Shown piece after piece: positions 62,523 through 64,000 of a DNA stretch of 64,000 bases. Source of the stretch: a virus (taxonomy: Duplodnaviria > Caudoviricetes); the IMG/VR virus record IMGVR_UViG_3300020450_000008; one strand, 5' to 3'. Under the pieces are notes generated by a model. That model made no database searches and had not been told where the DNA came from. It saw nothing but the letters and a program-made list of their open reading frames with translations. How positions within the stretch are numbered: the first letter of the stretch is position 1; each line of letters opens with the position of its first letter. The translations under genes were made by a program, and so were the position numbers.

Positions 62523-62824
62523 TGAGAAAAGATTTAGCAGATATGGTAGTAACTATCTCTCAAATGACAGATAGATCAGACTTAAAAGTTTTGAATGACG
62601 CGCTTTTTAGACAGTTCAAATACTTACAGCAGCTTGAAGCTAAAAAGGCTAAAATCAAATTTAGAGTTGGTATGCCTGTTTCTTTCCACTCAAAGGTAAG
62701 TGGTAAGTTCCCACATGTCGGTAAGATCAAAAAGATCAATCGAACAAAAGCTATTGTTGCTATTCCTGGCGAATTTGATTGGAATGTACCACTAGAAAAA
62801 CTAAAGTTAGAAGGAGCTGCTTAA
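62522..62824 (+). CDS. Hypothetical early protein, SH3/KOW-like C-terminus
   Basis: FRVGMPVSF...GKIKKINRTKAIV...WNVP. Confidence 0.55.
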   Translation: MRKDLADMVVTISQMTDRSDLKVLNDALFRQFKYLQQLEAKKAKIKFRVGMPVSFHSKVSGKFPHVGKIKKINRTKAIVAIPGEFDWNVPLEKLKLEGAA

Positions 62825-62979
62825 TGCAAGTACTTTATGAAGTACATTATGAAGACATCTCTGGCTGGAAATACCAGTTTATAAAGCTTACTGTAAAGCA
62901 AGCTGCAGAGATCGCGACGAGATTAGAAAAAGATGCAAGAACCGTAAACGTACGGGTTATTCAGGAGGAGTACGTATAA
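62824..62979 (+). CDS. Small hypothetical protein
   Basis: MQVLYEVHYED...; TAATG coupling. Confidence 0.5.
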   Translation: MQVLYEVHYEDISGWKYQFIKLTVKQAAEIATRLEKDARTVNVRVIQEEYV

Positions 62980-63218
62980 TGAAATGTAGATATAAATTTA
63001 AATTTCCTGTAGACGAATTTGGTCGTCCAGGTGGAATGTACAGTTTAGCTGATTTACCAGTTGTTGGTTATAAAATACTTGAAAGAGTTGGTACACTTAA
63101 GAAGCGTGATACTGCAAAAGAACTTTATGAGCTTCAAGATATTGAGAAAAACTGGACTCTTGTAGTACCATTTGAAGATGTAGAGATTATAACGTCTCCA
63201 CTAACGGAGGTTATATAA
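62979..63218 (+). CDS. Hypothetical protein
   Basis: 79-aa coupled ORF. Confidence 0.55.
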   Translation: MKCRYKFKFPVDEFGRPGGMYSLADLPVVGYKILERVGTLKKRDTAKELYELQDIEKNWTLVVPFEDVEIITSPLTEVI

Positions 63219-63559
63219 TGGGATTTGCTTTTGATGATGAAAGACACTCAAACTACTTAGGTAGGTTTGATAGAACTAATCAATCCGATATGATGGAGCT
63301 AAACATCGCTAAAAAGATGGTTAGACATTTTAATAAAGATCAAAGAAATAATAAATCTTTTGATAGAAGTGGTAGTCCTATCAAGACAACTCCATACAAA
63401 TGGAGAATCGAATACAGAGGTCGTGAAGTCTTCAAGAAGATGGTTGTTCCAGGATTTAGCAAAGGACCTGTTAAATTTGGTCCTTGGGGCAACATTGCTG
63501 GTGGTATGAAGAATGCCAAAGTTGTAGATGCCTACATTTACAGAAGATACGAATACTAG
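63218..63559 (+). CDS. Hypothetical protein
   Basis: 113-aa coupled ORF. Confidence 0.55.
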   Translation: MGFAFDDERHSNYLGRFDRTNQSDMMELNIAKKMVRHFNKDQRNNKSFDRSGSPIKTTPYKWRIEYRGREVFKKMVVPGFSKGPVKFGPWGNIAGGMKNAKVVDAYIYRRYEY

Positions 63560-63561
63560 AA

Positions 63562-63601
63562 TTTCTCGGTATCTTCCTTTTATTTCCTTATAACCGAGAA
63601 A
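63562..63601 (+). other. Hairpin with 22-nt pyrimidine-rich anti-leader loop
   Basis: Stem tttctcggt/accgagaaa; loop atcttccttttatttccttata. Confidence 0.6.
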
Positions 63602-63603
63602 GG

Positions 63604-63630
63604 AAAGGGCCCCACGTGGGCCCTTTTTGT
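63604..63630 (+). terminator. Rho-independent terminator
   Basis: aaagggccc-cacgt-gggccc followed by T5. Confidence 0.85.
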
Positions 63631-63639
63631 TTTAAACTA

Positions 63640-63647
63640 TATAAATA
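63640..63647 (+). promoter_or_regulatory. T4-type late promoter TATAAATA
   Basis: Exact consensus upstream of the last ORF. Confidence 0.7.
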
Positions 63648-63678
63648 GAAAGAGTTACATTTACAGAAAGAAATAGAT

Positions 63679-64000
63679 ATGGCTATCATGGCTCCCAAAA
63701 ATTTTAGAGGATCTGCACTTGATCCGGTTTTTATTAAAAGAGCAAGAATTCAAACATCTTTCAATGTTGAAGATGCTGATTTAACAAGTCTTAAATTTAA
63801 AAAAGAGATGCAGTTTCTTTATGATTTTCAGTTTTTTCCAGGCTGGTTTGAAAAGAATACACTATTAACTGGAAACAACGTGAATATAAATGCTTTCAAT
63901 AGATTAGCTACTAAATTAAAGACTGCTAATCCTAGTGGTTATAAAAATCTTGTTCAGTTTACAGGACAGTACTTAGGACCTGGTGAAGTCCTACTTTATG
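63679..64000 (+). CDS. Hypothetical protein, 3' truncated by window edge
   Basis: MAIMAPKNFRGSALDPVFIKR...GQYLGPGEVLLY open to the end of the window. Confidence 0.55.
   Translation, partial: MAIMAPKNFRGSALDPVFIKRARIQTSFNVEDADLTSLKFKKEMQFLYDFQFFPGWFEKNTLLTGNNVNINAFNRLATKLKTANPSGYKNLVQFTGQYLGPGEVLLY

Noticed and set aside
1-64000. Alternative genetic code, CRISPR array or diversity-generating retroelement
   Set aside because: Core genes read through intact with standard stops; no spaced direct repeats, reverse transcriptase or template/variable repeat pair seen.

Overview
A 64-kb stretch of a large, AT-rich T4-like myovirus genome. The host is probably a marine alphaproteobacterium, inferred from the permuted tmRNA with an alphaproteobacterial-type T-loop and tag, plus pseudoazurin and DUF1289 genes. 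In order, the window holds: two tandem tail-fibre-like genes; the head module (gp67, gp21, gp22, gp23) and gp3; uvsY-uvsW, gp55, gp47-46, gp45-44 ... gp62-regA ... gp43, uvsX-gp40-gp41 and thyX, interrupted by accessory genes (carbamoyltransferase, PRTase, GMP reductase, UDP-glucose dehydrogenase, Hsp20, pseudoazurin, DoxX). The most striking element is a roughly 12-kb nucleotide/DNA-modification locus (26.4-38.9 kb). It combines a T4 gp42-like dCMP hydroxymethylase with myo-inositol-1-phosphate synthase, a HAD phosphatase, a cytidylyltransferase, an aGPT-pyrophosphorylase-like protein, a glucosyltransferase/SGNH-like protein and a degenerate C5-methyltransferase. The last three all end in sliding-clamp-type C-terminal peptides like that of the DNA polymerase. 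This suggests a replisome-coupled, possibly inositol-based, cytosine hypermodification system (hypothesis). Also present: a two-piece tmRNA with an unusually long structured intervening segment, followed by two candidate structured ncRNAs; an 8-kb biosynthetic-cluster-like enzyme island (50.5-58.7 kb); and a hairpin at the end of an early operon whose loop is complementary to early-gene leaders. Family assignments come from recognising motifs by eye; no database searches were run.
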